Of a stretch of 60,710 nt of DNA, positions 1 to 9,980 are shown piece after piece. The notes under the pieces were generated by a model. That model did not search any database and was not told the DNA's origin. It saw nothing but the letters and a program-made list of their open reading frames with translations. This stretch comes from Fibrobacteria bacterium (GTDB lineage Bacteria; Fibrobacterota; Fibrobacteria; UBA11236). Each line of letters starts with the position of its first letter. The first letter of the stretch is position 1. The DNA lies in NCBI GenBank assembly GCA_050486505.1, contig JBJHDK010000006.1, positions 1-60,710 of the forward strand, read 5' to 3'. The translations under genes and the position numbers were made by a program.

Positions 1-28
1 TCCCGGCACGCGTCGACGCGAATGCTTG

Positions 29-1606
29 TCATGGGGAATGTCTTCCGGAATGCGAAGTCCGGCCGCCTTCAAACGCCTGCGGGGATGTTTTCATGATGGT
101 GAAAATAGCCAATCGACCCGCTTTATGGACCGGAACAAGGCCGGGGTGCGAAATGGTGCCGGCATAGACATCACCAAGGAAAGGCGCCGCCCTCCCGGCA
201 CGCGGGGACAGGATGAGGTATCTCCAGTTGTGACTGTGGGCCGCATCCAGGAACGCGTCAAGGCCCGACGTGGGAGCCTGGGGAAACTCCTCCGGCCAGC
301 GATATGTTCCGAACAAGCCCCATCCACCGTTGTAACGGGGCCGGAAGGGTGGAATCTCCCGGAAGTAAATGTCGAAATCGGTCGTAAAAACCTCCCTTGC
401 GTCGCGCAGGCCTTCCGCGACAAGAAAGCGTTCCACGCTGCGGTACACGGCATCGGTCTCTGCGCGCGCAAGTAGTACGCGTGCGTCCTTCGCGGAGAAG
501 TAACAGAGGATCACGAGCAATATGGCCGGAACCATTGCGCGCGCCGCCACCGGTGAAACCGGGACCCGGGCCTTCATTGCATCATGCGCACGCGAACCCA
601 AGCCGCCCCAAAAAACAATGGCAAGAGGAAGCACGAGCAATGGTGCGCGCCCGCCGGCGCTGACGCCGAAAACAACGGCATATGAGAACAGGAACAACGA
701 CGACGCGAGCGCGAATCGAAAAGCTCCTGATCCACGGGCAAGCACCGCGAAGCCGATGGCGGGAAATGCGTATGCCATCAGCGAAAGAAATCCACGGAGC
801 CATCGCATAAAGAAAAGCACCGGATCGGCCAGCAGGACCTCGAACATCGTCGGCGGCACGTCGAGCTCACCGAGGCGGTGCCAGTTCACATCGTACATCA
901 AGTCGTACACCGCCAACTCGTAGCTTGTATGCAGGGGAGAAAGGCCCAGTGACGCGTTCACAAGCGCCTGCGGCAAATAGACGAACATCATGGCGAGAAG
1001 CGCCGCCGCGGGAGCACCGATCCGGCGGTACGCGACCGCGATTGACACCAGCAGCAGCACCCCCGCGATCAGGGCGTGATAGCGCCATAGCGCGGCAAGG
1101 CCCAACAGGAGGCCCGATGCCAACGCCAGTGCGGTCGCTTTTCGCCTTTCTTCCCCTGTCGCCGAAATTGCCAGCGCCATGCCCCCCAGAAAAAAAGCCA
1201 TTGCCCCGGAATCCACGCCTGCCGTCGAGAAGTAGAAGAAACACAGCGGGTGCAAGGCGATGAAGGCAAGGGTCGCAAGCGCCCGCATTCCGGGCATCAA
1301 CCTTCGCGCCAAGCTCCAGGCCGCGACAAGCACGATCACAGAGGCGGCAAGACTGACCAGGAATCCCGTCACATCGAGCAATCCAAGGCCGGACAGGACC
1401 TTCAGCAACAACGGGTACCCGAGCGGAAAAAAACCGTTGTGAAAGGATTCCGCGATGCCGAACCGCATCTGTTGGGCGATGAACACATTGCCCCAAAAAT
1501 CGTTGTGCGCCGCCAGGAAACCCGTGTACCACCCCGCACCAACCATTCCGAAGATCCACGCGGCGACGGCTGCGGGAAAAATCGTATCAGGAGTGACTCT
1601 CCGCAT
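29..1606 (-). CDS. Polytopic membrane protein, ArnT/PMT (GT-C)-like glycosyltransferase
   Basis: Many hydrophobic helices; N-terminal 'FFPLGYPLLL', 'GLLLGLAALWRYHA'; soluble C-terminal domain. Start uncertain (1606 or 1645). Confidence 0.6.
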   Translation of the reverse strand: MRRVTPDTIFPAAVAAWIFGMVGAGWYTGFLAAHNDFWGNVFIAQQMRFGIAESFHNGFFPLGYPLLLKVLSGLGLLDVTGFLVSLAASVIVLVAAWSLARRLMPGMRALATLAFIALHPLCFFYFSTAGVDSGAMAFFLGGMALAISATGEERRKATALALASGLLLGLAALWRYHALIAGVLLLVSIAVAYRRIGAPAAALLAMMFVYLPQALVNASLGLSPLHTSYELAVYDLMYDVNWHRLGELDVPPTMFEVLLADPVLFFMRWLRGFLSLMAYAFPAIGFAVLARGSGAFRFALASSLFLFSYAVVFGVSAGGRAPLLVLPLAIVFWGGLGSRAHDAMKARVPVSPVAARAMVPAILLVILCYFSAKDARVLLARAETDAVYRSVERFLVAEGLRDAREVFTTDFDIYFREIPPFRPRYNGGWGLFGTYRWPEEFPQAPTSGLDAFLDAAHSHNWRYLILSPRAGRAAPFLGDVYAGTISHPGLVPVHKAGRLAIFTIMKTSPQAFEGGRTSHSGRHSP

Positions 1607-1719
1607 CGATGCCAATGTAATACGCCCCGGGGGCACAACCATCATGAACCTTGTTCCGGCGGTGCATGTCCCGGGATCTCCGGCCGGAAGCACCCGGCAA
1701 CATTACCCTGGAGCGAGGC

Positions 1720-2706
1720 TCATGTGAATCGGCCACGCATACGATCGCGCCACTCCGCAAGCATTCCGACGAGGCCCGGGCGGCTGATGCTTCCCGAGTA
1801 GGGGATCACACGGGCGCCAAAACCTGCCTTGAATCGCTCCAACGAAACCACTCCGCCGCTGCCGAGAAGATCGAACCGCGGATATCCCTCCCGGGCAGCG
1901 CCGCTCAGCATGGCGGCATACAGCGCCTGCACCGCCCCCGTGGCGAACATGGAGGGATCGGAGGCACCGTGCCAGATACATGCGTGTTGGTTGTGCCGAA
2001 ATTCGATGTATCCCGCCGCGACGCGCCCGTCGTGCTCCGCAAGCCACAGCCGCGCGCAAGCGGCGGGAAGCGTGCGAATCGCCATGAAAAGTGCGGGTGG
2101 ATACGCCGATGTGGCGCGCGATCCCCAGCGATCCAGCGACTTGCGGTAGATCGCGTCGTAGGCGTCCCAGTCAGCGTGCGGCCCCGCAAGCCGTACCCGC
2201 ACCCTCACGTCTCGCGCGCGACGGAGTTTGCGGCGGGGATCGGGAGCCCAGTCGCGTGCAGGATCATCGGGATCGAAGCCCTCGAGATCGATCACCTGCG
2301 TCCGCGACGGCATCGGACGACCGACACACAAGGGGGTCCGGGTGAACGGAGATGACGTCAGTTGCAGGGTGAGGGATTGCAACGCCTTCTCGATCGAAAG
2401 GGTCTCGTCGTCTGCGAGTGCACGCGAAGACAGCAGGGCGCTGTATGTCCCGAAAGGGCTGAACCAGCGCCAGCGCCCCCATCGACGTTCGCGCAGAAGC
2501 GGCAGGCAGGCGGCCCCTCCGGGGAGTTCGAAGAGCAGGGGATGGATCTCCGCCCCTGAATGATTCGCGGCTACCCGGTGCCAAGCCGGAGTCTGAAACA
2601 TCGTGGCGGAGGGGTCACCCTGTGCGAGTTCTTCCCACAGCGCTTCGGGACAGCGGCGCGGGACAAGGGGACGCGCTGTCATGGGACGGGCGCGCTCCCT
2701 GGACAT
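1720..2706 (-). CDS. FemAB-like GNAT family acyltransferase
   Basis: 'TMFQTPAW', 'RRKLRRA', 'FDLLGSGG..SLERFKAGFGA' typical of FemAB/GNAT_6 proteins. Confidence 0.75.
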   Translation of the reverse strand: MSRERARPMTARPLVPRRCPEALWEELAQGDPSATMFQTPAWHRVAANHSGAEIHPLLFELPGGAACLPLLRERRWGRWRWFSPFGTYSALLSSRALADDETLSIEKALQSLTLQLTSSPFTRTPLCVGRPMPSRTQVIDLEGFDPDDPARDWAPDPRRKLRRARDVRVRVRLAGPHADWDAYDAIYRKSLDRWGSRATSAYPPALFMAIRTLPAACARLWLAEHDGRVAAGYIEFRHNQHACIWHGASDPSMFATGAVQALYAAMLSGAAREGYPRFDLLGSGGVVSLERFKAGFGARVIPYSGSISRPGLVGMLAEWRDRMRGRFT

Positions 2707-2868
2707 TCAGATGCCCAGGTGGGCTTCCTCGTCAGGCTCGGGCTTCTCGCGAAAGGCATCCCAAACGATGCGCGCGAGAAACACCGCCGCAGCCAGCACC
2801 GCAAGCGAGCCGGCGAGCTTGATCCAGAACATTCCCGGCGGAGGGGTGATTTCAGAGTCTTCGTGCAT
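2707..2868 (-). CDS. Small single-pass membrane protein (53 aa, not in ORF track)
   Basis: Hand translation MHEDSEITPPPGMFWIKLAGSLAVLAAAVFLARIVWDAFREKPEPDEEAHLGI*; its stop abuts the ATG of the GNAT gene. Confidence 0.6.
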   Translation of the reverse strand: MHEDSEITPPPGMFWIKLAGSLAVLAAAVFLARIVWDAFREKPEPDEEAHLGI

Positions 2869-2903
2869 GCGGGAACCAAAATACTGGTGTGGGGCGCGCG
2901 CGC

Positions 2904-3401
2904 CTACGCCTCGCGTGAATCTCCGGAGACGCCAGTCTCGTCGGAAGACCCACCGACTCCGTTCATCAGGGAATCGAGCATTTGCGACTGGGTGCGAAGC
3001 AGGTTGCGATATTGCACGTGGTATTGCGCCTTGAGTTCCTCGAGCGAACGAACCTCGGCACGCAGGGCTGCAGCATGCTGGCGCCCCGCGAGCAACTCTT
3101 CCTCGACGCGCTGGCGGGCTTCCTGCAACATCACGGAAACCTCCTGCTCGGCGACGCGACGCTTCTCCTCGAGCATTTGCTGCAGCGTGACGGCCGCGTC
3201 CTGGAGGGTCTTCTCCGCCATGCGGTAACGCCCCGACTCCTCTTCCGTCATACGAAGCTGCTCGGAAAGCTGCGTGTTGCGACGGGTCAGTTCTTCGAAC
3301 TCGCGCGCGATGGCATCGAGAAGTGCGTGGACTTCGTCGGGATCATACCCGCGCCAGGCGCGCGAGAACTCGTGCTTCTTGATGTCGAGGGGAGTCATCA
3401 T
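2904..3401 (-). CDS. divIVA: DivIVA domain cell division protein
   Basis: 'MTPLDIKKHEFSRAWRGYDPDEV' DivIVA N-terminal signature followed by coiled coil. Confidence 0.9.
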   Translation of the reverse strand: MMTPLDIKKHEFSRAWRGYDPDEVHALLDAIAREFEELTRRNTQLSEQLRMTEEESGRYRMAEKTLQDAAVTLQQMLEEKRRVAEQEVSVMLQEARQRVEEELLAGRQHAAALRAEVRSLEELKAQYHVQYRNLLRTQSQMLDSLMNGVGGSSDETGVSGDSREA

Positions 3402-3466
3402 GCGGTTAAATGTCGAAAGACGGGGGGGAAAAGTCAAAACGGCTATTATTGCCCCCGGAGGTGAAC

Positions 3467-3880
3467 ATGGGACGCAAACTTCTGGGTGTTTTTTTCGGTC
3501 TGGTCGCGGGCATTCTGCTCATCATCGTGCTGCAGGGCATCGGACACCGCTTCTGGCCCCTGCCGGAAGGGCTCGATCCCGCCGACCGCGACGCGGTCGC
3601 CGCCGCGATCCGGGCCATGCCCGTTCCCGCCCTGCTCTGGGTCGCCTTTTCATGGTTCGCGGGAACGCTTTGCGGAACCTTCGTCGCCCTGCGCATGGCC
3701 AAGGACGTTTTCACATCATGGCCCGCCCTCGTGGTCGAAGCCGTGCTGCTTACGGTTGGAGTGTTGAACTTGTTCGCACTGCCCCACCCCGGGTGGTTCT
3801 GGGTCGTGGGGCTGATCTCCTTCCCGTTGGGTGCTTTCGCGGGGATCCGGTTGGCACGGAGAACGGCGCCCGCCGCGTAA
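3467..3880 (+). CDS. Hypothetical 4-TM membrane protein
   Basis: GGAGGTG RBS before ATG 3467; four hydrophobic segments; 'ALPHPGWF'. Confidence 0.75.
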   Translation: MGRKLLGVFFGLVAGILLIIVLQGIGHRFWPLPEGLDPADRDAVAAAIRAMPVPALLWVAFSWFAGTLCGTFVALRMAKDVFTSWPALVVEAVLLTVGVLNLFALPHPGWFWVVGLISFPLGAFAGIRLARRTAPAA

Positions 3881-3905
3881 GGGCGACCCGCAGGTCGCCC
3901 TTACG
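3876..3905. repeat. REP-like palindrome / bidirectional terminator between convergent genes
   Basis: CGTAAGGGCGACC-CGCA-GGTCGCCCTTACG; both stop codons lie in the stem. Confidence 0.65.
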
Positions 3906-4635
3906 CCGTGTGCCGGGCCCCGAACAGCGCCGTTCCCACCCTGACGTAGTGTGCGCCTTCCTCGACGGCGATCTCGAAGTCTCCCGACATTCCCATCGAC
4001 AGTTTCGACAAGAGCGGGAAGCGGTCCCCGAACCGGGAGCGTGCCGCGCGCATCAGTTCCGCAAGCCGGCGAAAACACGGGCGCGCGGCCTCCGGCCCCC
4101 CGTCCAAAGGTCCCATGGTCATCAGTCCGATGAGATCGAGGTCGGGTGCCTCGGGCAATGCCGCGAGGAAATCCGTGAGCGTCTCGGGTGAAACGCCCGA
4201 CTTGGCCGTTTCACCCGAAGTATTGATCTGGATCAGCGCGCGCCGGCGGACACCGAGTTCTCCGGCGACGCGATTCAAGGTCTCCCACAGTTCCGTCGAA
4301 TCAACGGAGTGAATGGTCGTGCACAGGGGGAGGATCTTGCGCGCCTTGTTGCGCTGGAGGCTGCCGATGAGGTGGAGCTCGTGTTCCCGCGGCGAGCCGT
4401 CGGCATGCGGCGGAAGCGGAAACTTGGCGAGCGCCTCCTGGACGCGGTTTTCTCCGAAGAGCCGCGCGCCGGCCCCGTGCGCGGCGAAGAGGCTTTCGAC
4501 GGGATGCGTCTTGCTCACCCAGATCAACTCGACCTCGCGCGGATCACGGCCCGCGCGCGCGCAGGCCGCGGCGATGCGTGAGAGGATCGCGTCGCGATTG
4601 GCGATCAGGCGCACGACAGACTCCGATGTGTTCAC
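3901..4635 (-). CDS. yggS: YggS/PLPBP pyridoxal-phosphate homeostasis protein
   Basis: 'VSKTHP', 'FGENRVQE', '[10 protein letters not shown]', '[26 protein letters not shown]'; GTG start overlaps upstream stop (GTGA). Confidence 0.95.
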   Translation of the reverse strand: MNTSESVVRLIANRDAILSRIAAACARAGRDPREVELIWVSKTHPVESLFAAHGAGARLFGENRVQEALAKFPLPPHADGSPREHELHLIGSLQRNKARKILPLCTTIHSVDSTELWETLNRVAGELGVRRRALIQINTSGETAKSGVSPETLTDFLAALPEAPDLDLIGLMTMGPLDGGPEAARPCFRRLAELMRAARSRFGDRFPLLSKLSMGMSGDFEIAVEEGAHYVRVGTALFGARHTA

Positions 4636-5243
4636 CGGGGTTTCCCTCTCGCACGCGTCGCGCCGGTACCGGAACGCTTCGGAAGGACGAGGCCGATCGC
4701 CACGTCGACATGATCGACGGCAACGATGCCCAGGTCCGGGGTTTTCTTCGCGATCGCCGTGACCTCCGGCATGTTTCCCGCGGGCGCGTACAAGCGCGTA
4801 CACCCCGCACGGGCGGCGGCCTTCATCTTGTCGGCAATCCCCTCGACGGGCAACACCGCACCCGTCAGCGACAGTTCACCCGTAAAGGCCGATGAAGGGT
4901 CCACCGGTTTCCGTGTCAGTACCGAAACCAGCGCAACGAACATCGGGAGGCCGATCGATGGCCCGCCTTTTTGCGGCAACGGATCCATTACATGAAAGTG
5001 CACGTCCGCCTGCAGGAACAAACCCGGATCGAGCTTGAGCGCCTTTGCCCGTGCACGCACCAGGCTGACCGCCAGTTGCGCGGCATCACGCGCCGATCCA
5101 ACCAGATTTCCGGTGAGGATCAACTTGCCACGGCCCGGAAGGGGCAGGCATTCGACCGTCGCGAGCCTTGCGCCGCTGCGCGTCAGCGCCAGCGCCCTGA
5201 CGACACCGACGTGATGCGTGCGGGATGTGGGGCGGGACGTCAT
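4632..5243 (-). CDS. Stand-alone Lon (S16) protease domain protein
   Basis: 'GKLILTGNL', 'DVHFHV', 'KGGPSIG' (cf. KDGPSAG), '[19 protein letters not shown]'; no AAA+ or N-domain. Confidence 0.85.
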   Translation of the reverse strand: MTSRPTSRTHHVGVVRALALTRSGARLATVECLPLPGRGKLILTGNLVGSARDAAQLAVSLVRARAKALKLDPGLFLQADVHFHVMDPLPQKGGPSIGLPMFVALVSVLTRKPVDPSSAFTGELSLTGAVLPVEGIADKMKAAARAGCTRLYAPAGNMPEVTAIAKKTPDLGIVAVDHVDVAIGLVLPKRSGTGATRARGKPR

Positions 5244-5305
5244 GGGGTTAAAAGGTACACGCACCCTCCCGGGGGTTCCCCGATGGCGAAGGAGAATCCC
5301 AGGCT

Positions 5306-6493
5306 TCAGGCGGAAGCGACGCGCACGCGAATGCGCGTCCCTTTTCCGGGAGCACTTTCGATTTCAAGCGGAGCATTCAGCGCCTTCGCCAACTCTTCCA
5401 GGTTGCGCATGCCGCGTCGGCGGGGAGTCGTCGCAGGATCGAACCCCGTCCCGTCGTCCTCCACCGCCACCCCCAAAGGCTCCCCCGAAAGCGACACGGT
5501 CACCGTGCCCGGCTTGCCGTGCAGGACGGCATTCTCGACCGCCTCGATGGCGATCATCGTGACATGATAAGCGTCGCGCAGGCTGATTTTCCGCAGCGCG
5601 TCAATCTTGAAATCGAGCAAGACGCCGGCATCGCCGCACAAGCCTCCGACACGGCGCTGGATCTCGCCCGCGAGGCCGGCCATGTTCGCGAGCTGGTCGT
5701 CGATCCCCGATACCACGGCCCGCAGCTCCGTCAGCGCGGCATTGGCCCGTTCGCGCGCCTTGGCCACCGAAACAGCCTGTGCGCCGGGAACGCTGCCGGC
5801 GAGCGCCACCTCGTGCCACAAGGCGATTTCCGAAAGCGCCGACCCCAAGGTGCCGGCCAGGCTTCGCTCAAGGCGAACGCGCTCGTCCTGCGCGCCGGCC
5901 TGACGCGCACGATCGGCTTTCTCAAGGGCGCCCTGACGCGTCCAGCTCGCCACGTAGGACGCCACCAGATAGATGACGCCCCCGATGGCCGCGCTCAACA
6001 CGGCGAACAGAATCTTCTCCTGTGACTGGGGGCCGCTCATCTGCCCGAGCAGGCTGAACATCGGCGCAATCAGGGTCAGGGCGAAAGCCGCCGCCGACTT
6101 CGGGTTGCCGAACGATTCGAAGAATACAATCAGGAAATACAGAACCCAGAGGACGAACAGCGCCTTGTCGGTCGCCAAGGGAAGCGAAAGGGTCGCCGCC
6201 AGGTTTCCTCCGTAGGTGAGCATCTCGCGCAGCCCCAGGTGCATGCGGTTGTGCCCATAGAGGAGTACACCGGCAAACACTCCGAGCTGGATCGCACAGC
6301 CCGCCGCGAAGACCAGCGGATCGATCCCCGTCCACTCCCGCAAGGGCGTGAAGACAAGCAACGAGTAGAAGGCCAGGACCAGCGGAAGGTTGATGACGAA
6401 AATGAACCGCCAGGAATAAACCTTGTCCCCGAACACGTCGGGATCGGGAGACGGCCACAGCGTCCAGGATGAAGGGAGGGAGTTCAGGGGCAC
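5306..6493 (-). CDS. Membrane sensor histidine-kinase-like protein (HisKA_3/HATPase_c) lacking the H-box His
   Basis: About 6 TM helices; 'ERVRLERSLAGTLGSALS'; N box 'EAVENAVLHG'; G1 'EDDGTGFD'; 'ESAPGKGTRI'. Confidence 0.8.
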   Translation of the reverse strand: MPLNSLPSSWTLWPSPDPDVFGDKVYSWRFIFVINLPLVLAFYSLLVFTPLREWTGIDPLVFAAGCAIQLGVFAGVLLYGHNRMHLGLREMLTYGGNLAATLSLPLATDKALFVLWVLYFLIVFFESFGNPKSAAAFALTLIAPMFSLLGQMSGPQSQEKILFAVLSAAIGGVIYLVASYVASWTRQGALEKADRARQAGAQDERVRLERSLAGTLGSALSEIALWHEVALAGSVPGAQAVSVAKARERANAALTELRAVVSGIDDQLANMAGLAGEIQRRVGGLCGDAGVLLDFKIDALRKISLRDAYHVTMIAIEAVENAVLHGKPGTVTVSLSGEPLGVAVEDDGTGFDPATTPRRRGMRNLEELAKALNAPLEIESAPGKGTRIRVRVASA

Positions 6494-6506
6494 CTCCGTC
6501 CGGAGA

Positions 6507-7766
6507 TCAAGCGGTTTGCTTGCGGTTCTTCTTGCGAATCACCAGCAACGGCTCCTTGCCGTGCTCAACGGTTTCGCGCGTGATCAGGCACTCGGCCACG
6601 TCGCCGCGCGACGGCAGGGAGTACATGTATGGCTGCAGCACGTGCTCCATGGCCGCGCGCAAACCGCGGGCGCCTGTCTTGCGACGCAGGGCCAACGCCA
6701 CCACGGCCAGCAGGGCTTCGGGCTGGAATTTCAACTCGATGCCGTCCATCTCGAAAAGCTTCTGGTACTGCTTTACAATCGCATTACGCGGTTCGGTCAA
6801 CACCTGCAGCATCGCGGCGGCATCCAGCTCATCAAGCACCGTCAGCACCGGCAGGCGCCCCACCAGCTCGGGGATAAGGCCGAACTGCACCAGGTCATCA
6901 GGCTCGACCATGGCCAGGATTTCACCGGGACGACGCTCGCGTTTCGAAGTGATCGAGGCCGTGAAACCGATGCCGCTGTCGCGCGTGCGCCGCTCGATGA
7001 TCTTGTCGAGGCCCTCGAAGGCGCCACCGCAAACAAAGAGAATGTTGCGGGTGTTGATGTGGATCAAGTTTTGTTCGGGGTGCTTGCGGCCGCCCTTGGG
7101 GGGCACGGCGGCCACGGTTCCCTCGAGAAGTTTCAACAGCCCCTGCTGCACGCCTTCACCCGAGACATCGCGCGTGATCGAAGGGTTCGCGCTCTTGCGC
7201 GAGATCTTGTCCACTTCATCGACGTACACGATGCCGCGCTGCGCCTGCTCCACATCGTAGTCGGCGGCTTGCAGCAGACGCACAATGATGTTCTCCACAT
7301 CTTCGCCGACGTAGCCTGCCTCGGTGAGGATAGTCGCATCGACGATGGTGAAGGGCACGCGCAACAGCTTGGCGATGGTCTGCGCAAGCAAGGTTTTTCC
7401 GGAACCCGTGGGTCCGAGGAAGAGCACGTTCGATTTCTCGATCTCGACCCCATCGGACTCTTTCTTCTGGGAGAGCCGCTTGTAGTGGTTGTACACCGCG
7501 ACCGCAAGCGACATCTTCGCCCGCTCCTGCCCGATCACATGGGTGTCGAGATGCCCCTTGATCTCGGCCGGAGACGGCAGCGCGGCTTCGGGCGCAGCCG
7601 GTGCGGCCTTGCGCTCTTCGTCCGCGAGGATTTCATTGCACATCCCCACGCACTCGTTGCAGATATGCACCGAGGGACCGGTGATGAGCTTCCGCACCTG
7701 GCCGGCTTCCTTCCCGCAGAAGGAACAGCGTGGCGGCGCGGTGAACGTCCCCGCGGAGCGGTTCAC
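6507..7766 (-). CDS. clpX: ATP-dependent Clp protease ATP-binding subunit ClpX
   Basis: C4 zinc finger 'CSFCGK..ICNEC', Walker A 'GPTGSGKT', '[12 protein letters not shown]', 'GGRKHP', IGF loop. Confidence 0.98.
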   Translation of the reverse strand: MNRSAGTFTAPPRCSFCGKEAGQVRKLITGPSVHICNECVGMCNEILADEERKAAPAAPEAALPSPAEIKGHLDTHVIGQERAKMSLAVAVYNHYKRLSQKKESDGVEIEKSNVLFLGPTGSGKTLLAQTIAKLLRVPFTIVDATILTEAGYVGEDVENIIVRLLQAADYDVEQAQRGIVYVDEVDKISRKSANPSITRDVSGEGVQQGLLKLLEGTVAAVPPKGGRKHPEQNLIHINTRNILFVCGGAFEGLDKIIERRTRDSGIGFTASITSKRERRPGEILAMVEPDDLVQFGLIPELVGRLPVLTVLDELDAAAMLQVLTEPRNAIVKQYQKLFEMDGIELKFQPEALLAVVALALRRKTGARGLRAAMEHVLQPYMYSLPSRGDVAECLITRETVEHGKEPLLVIRKKNRKQTA

Positions 7767-8365
7767 GAAGAAGCCTTTCTCTTGCGGTTCTCGGGATTGA
7801 AGACTTCGTCCACGATCCCGTAATCCACCGCCTCGACGGCGCTCATGTAGCGGTCGCGATCCGTGTCCTTCTCGATTTGGGCCTCATCCTTGCCCGTGCA
7901 CTTCGCGAGGATCTGGTTCAGTTCGCGCTTGGTCTTCACGATCTCGCGCGCGTGAATCTGGATATCGCTCGACTGGCCTCCGGCGCCGCCGCTCGGCTGG
8001 TGCAACATCACCTTCCCGTGGGGAAGAATGAAGCGCTTTCCCTTCGTGCCCGCGGCCAGGAGCAGGGCCCCCATGCTGAAAGCGGAGCCCACGCAGATGG
8101 TCTGCACATCGGGCTTCACATACTGGATCACGTCGTAAATGGCCAAACCCGCGGTCACCGAACCACCCGGCGAGTTGATGTAGAGCAGAATGTCCTTGTC
8201 GGGATCTTCGTACTCGAGGAACAGCATCTGCGCCACCACGGTGTTGGCGACGACGTCGTTGATCTCCGTACCCAGAAAAATGATGCGCTCGCGGAGCAGG
8301 CGGGAATAGATGTCGTAGACCCGCTCGCTGCGGCCCGTGGTTTCAATGACGGTAGGAACTAGCAT
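7763..8365 (-). CDS. clpP: Clp protease proteolytic subunit
   Basis: 'DIYSRLL', 'YINSPGGSV', 'AFSMG', 'MLHQP', 'DRDRYMS'. Confidence 0.98.
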   Translation of the reverse strand: MLVPTVIETTGRSERVYDIYSRLLRERIIFLGTEINDVVANTVVAQMLFLEYEDPDKDILLYINSPGGSVTAGLAIYDVIQYVKPDVQTICVGSAFSMGALLLAAGTKGKRFILPHGKVMLHQPSGGAGGQSSDIQIHAREIVKTKRELNQILAKCTGKDEAQIEKDTDRDRYMSAVEAVDYGIVDEVFNPENRKRKASS

Positions 8366-8451
8366 GGGACCTCAAATTGTGAGCCGACCAATATAGCCTC
8401 TCGCCCGGGATCGACCCTGATTTTGGGCCAAATGTCGCGTTTTGGAACGAT

Positions 8452-9684
8452 CTACCCCTTGAATCCGATCACCAGATCCAACGTCTTCTCGGCCTTTACT
8501 TCTTCGCGGATATCAAGAATCTTGCCGCTCTTGCGCAGGTTCGCCTTGAGGCCCTCGAAGTCGGTGCCATAACGGGCCGCGAGTTCGCGGATCCGCGCAT
8601 CGACGGCTTCTTGGTCAGGCTTCACGTTTTCCTTCGCCGCAATGGCGTCGAGAATGCGCCAGCGACGGATCTGATCCACCGCTTCGCGTTCGAGGTCGGA
8701 GTGATCGTGCCCGTGATCGTCGTTTTCGTGCACATGTCCCATCTCCTTGAGACGATGGTTCACGAAATTACGGATGCGGGCCTTGGGCACCTCCACCGGG
8801 TGATTCGCCAGCAGGCGACCGATGGCCTCGTTCCAGGCGACTTCGCGGGCCTGACGCACGGATGCCTCCTGAAGGCGATCCTTGAGACGCTTGCGCAAAT
8901 CATCGACGCCTTCGTAGCCGATGCTCTTCGCGAACTCATCGTCAAGATCGGGCAATTTCACTTCAAGCACCTGCTCCACCGCAAGCGTATAGGCTGACTT
9001 CTTGCCCGCGAGCACCGGATTCGGATACTCCGCCGGGAAGGCGAAGGCCACGTCCTTCACGTCACCGGTTTTCACTCCCTCCATCGCCTTGTCGAGTTCG
9101 GGCACACTGCCCTTGCCCAGCTCCACACGGAACACGGGATGCTCCGGCAAGGGCTGCTCCTGGCCCTCGACTTCGATGCGCTGGTAGCGCGCCATCACCA
9201 CGTCGCCGGGCTTCGAAGCGCGTTCAACGGGCGCTTCCGCGGCCAACTGGCGGCGAATGTCGTCGATGCGCGCCTGCACCACGGCATCATCCACGGGGTC
9301 GGCCTTGACGGGAATGTCGAAACGGTAGTCGTTCAACTCGACCGGAGGATCAATCTCCATCACGGCCTTCACGAACACGGGTTTGCCCTCGTCGTTCTCA
9401 AGCTTCTCCACGCGGCCAGGGCCGACCGGCTCGATCGAGTGCTCCTTGCAGGCCTCGCGCACCGCATCGTCGACCAAGGTTTCAAGCGCTTCCGCGGCGA
9501 TCGGCTCCTTGAAGCGCGTGGCGACCACCTGCTTCGGCACCGCGCCGGGGCGGAAACCGTTCACCTTGATCTCGCGGCTGTACTTCTTCACCTTGTCCTG
9601 GAAGATCTTGTCGAGACGCTCGCGCGGGATCTCGATTTCGAGGACGCGTTCGGTGGCGTTCGGCTGGGTCACGGTTGCTTTCAC
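8452..9684 (-). CDS. tig: Trigger factor
   Basis: 'GFRPGAVP' ribosome-binding motif; position tRNA-Leu-tig-clpP-clpX; GTG start inferred. Confidence 0.93.
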   Translation of the reverse strand: MKATVTQPNATERVLEIEIPRERLDKIFQDKVKKYSREIKVNGFRPGAVPKQVVATRFKEPIAAEALETLVDDAVREACKEHSIEPVGPGRVEKLENDEGKPVFVKAVMEIDPPVELNDYRFDIPVKADPVDDAVVQARIDDIRRQLAAEAPVERASKPGDVVMARYQRIEVEGQEQPLPEHPVFRVELGKGSVPELDKAMEGVKTGDVKDVAFAFPAEYPNPVLAGKKSAYTLAVEQVLEVKLPDLDDEFAKSIGYEGVDDLRKRLKDRLQEASVRQAREVAWNEAIGRLLANHPVEVPKARIRNFVNHRLKEMGHVHENDDHGHDHSDLEREAVDQIRRWRILDAIAAKENVKPDQEAVDARIRELAARYGTDFEGLKANLRKSGKILDIREEVKAEKTLDLVIGFKG

Positions 9685-9740
9685 GTTCGTCTGCCTTTCT
9701 GATGATTCTCGCGGCCCGCGTGCGGGGGGCTGTCTGTGTC

Positions 9741-9823
9741 TGGTGCGAAGGGAGGGACTTGAACCCACACACCGAAGTACCGGATCCTAAATCCGGCGCG
9801 TCTACCAGTTTCGCCACCTTCGC
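9741..9823 (-). tRNA. tRNA-Leu (anticodon TAG)
   Basis: GCGAAGG acceptor stem, D-loop CTGGTAGA, anticodon arm CCGGA-TTTAGGA-TCCGG, long variable arm, GGTTCAAGTCC, encoded CCA. Confidence 0.97.
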
Positions 9824-9932
9824 ACGGGAGGGGGGAAATATAGCCGCACGAAGGACCCGCCACAATGGCGGAGCACCTATAAAACCCCTGAAATCAGGGG
9901 ATTATGGGGGTGTTCTGTGGGGCGATCCGGCG

Positions 9933-9966
9933 GCTGTAGGGGCAAATGATTATTTGCCCCTACAGC
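9933..9966. repeat. GTAG-type REP-like palindrome
   Basis: GCTGTAGGGGCAAAT-GATT-ATTTGCCCCTACAGC perfect stem just downstream of the RNase gene. Confidence 0.7.
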
Positions 9967-9980
9967 AAACCACGGGGTCG

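Noticed and set aside
9741-9823. tRNA-Leu as an island attachment site
   Set aside because: It is flanked by housekeeping genes, and no duplicate of its 3' end or integrase was seen.
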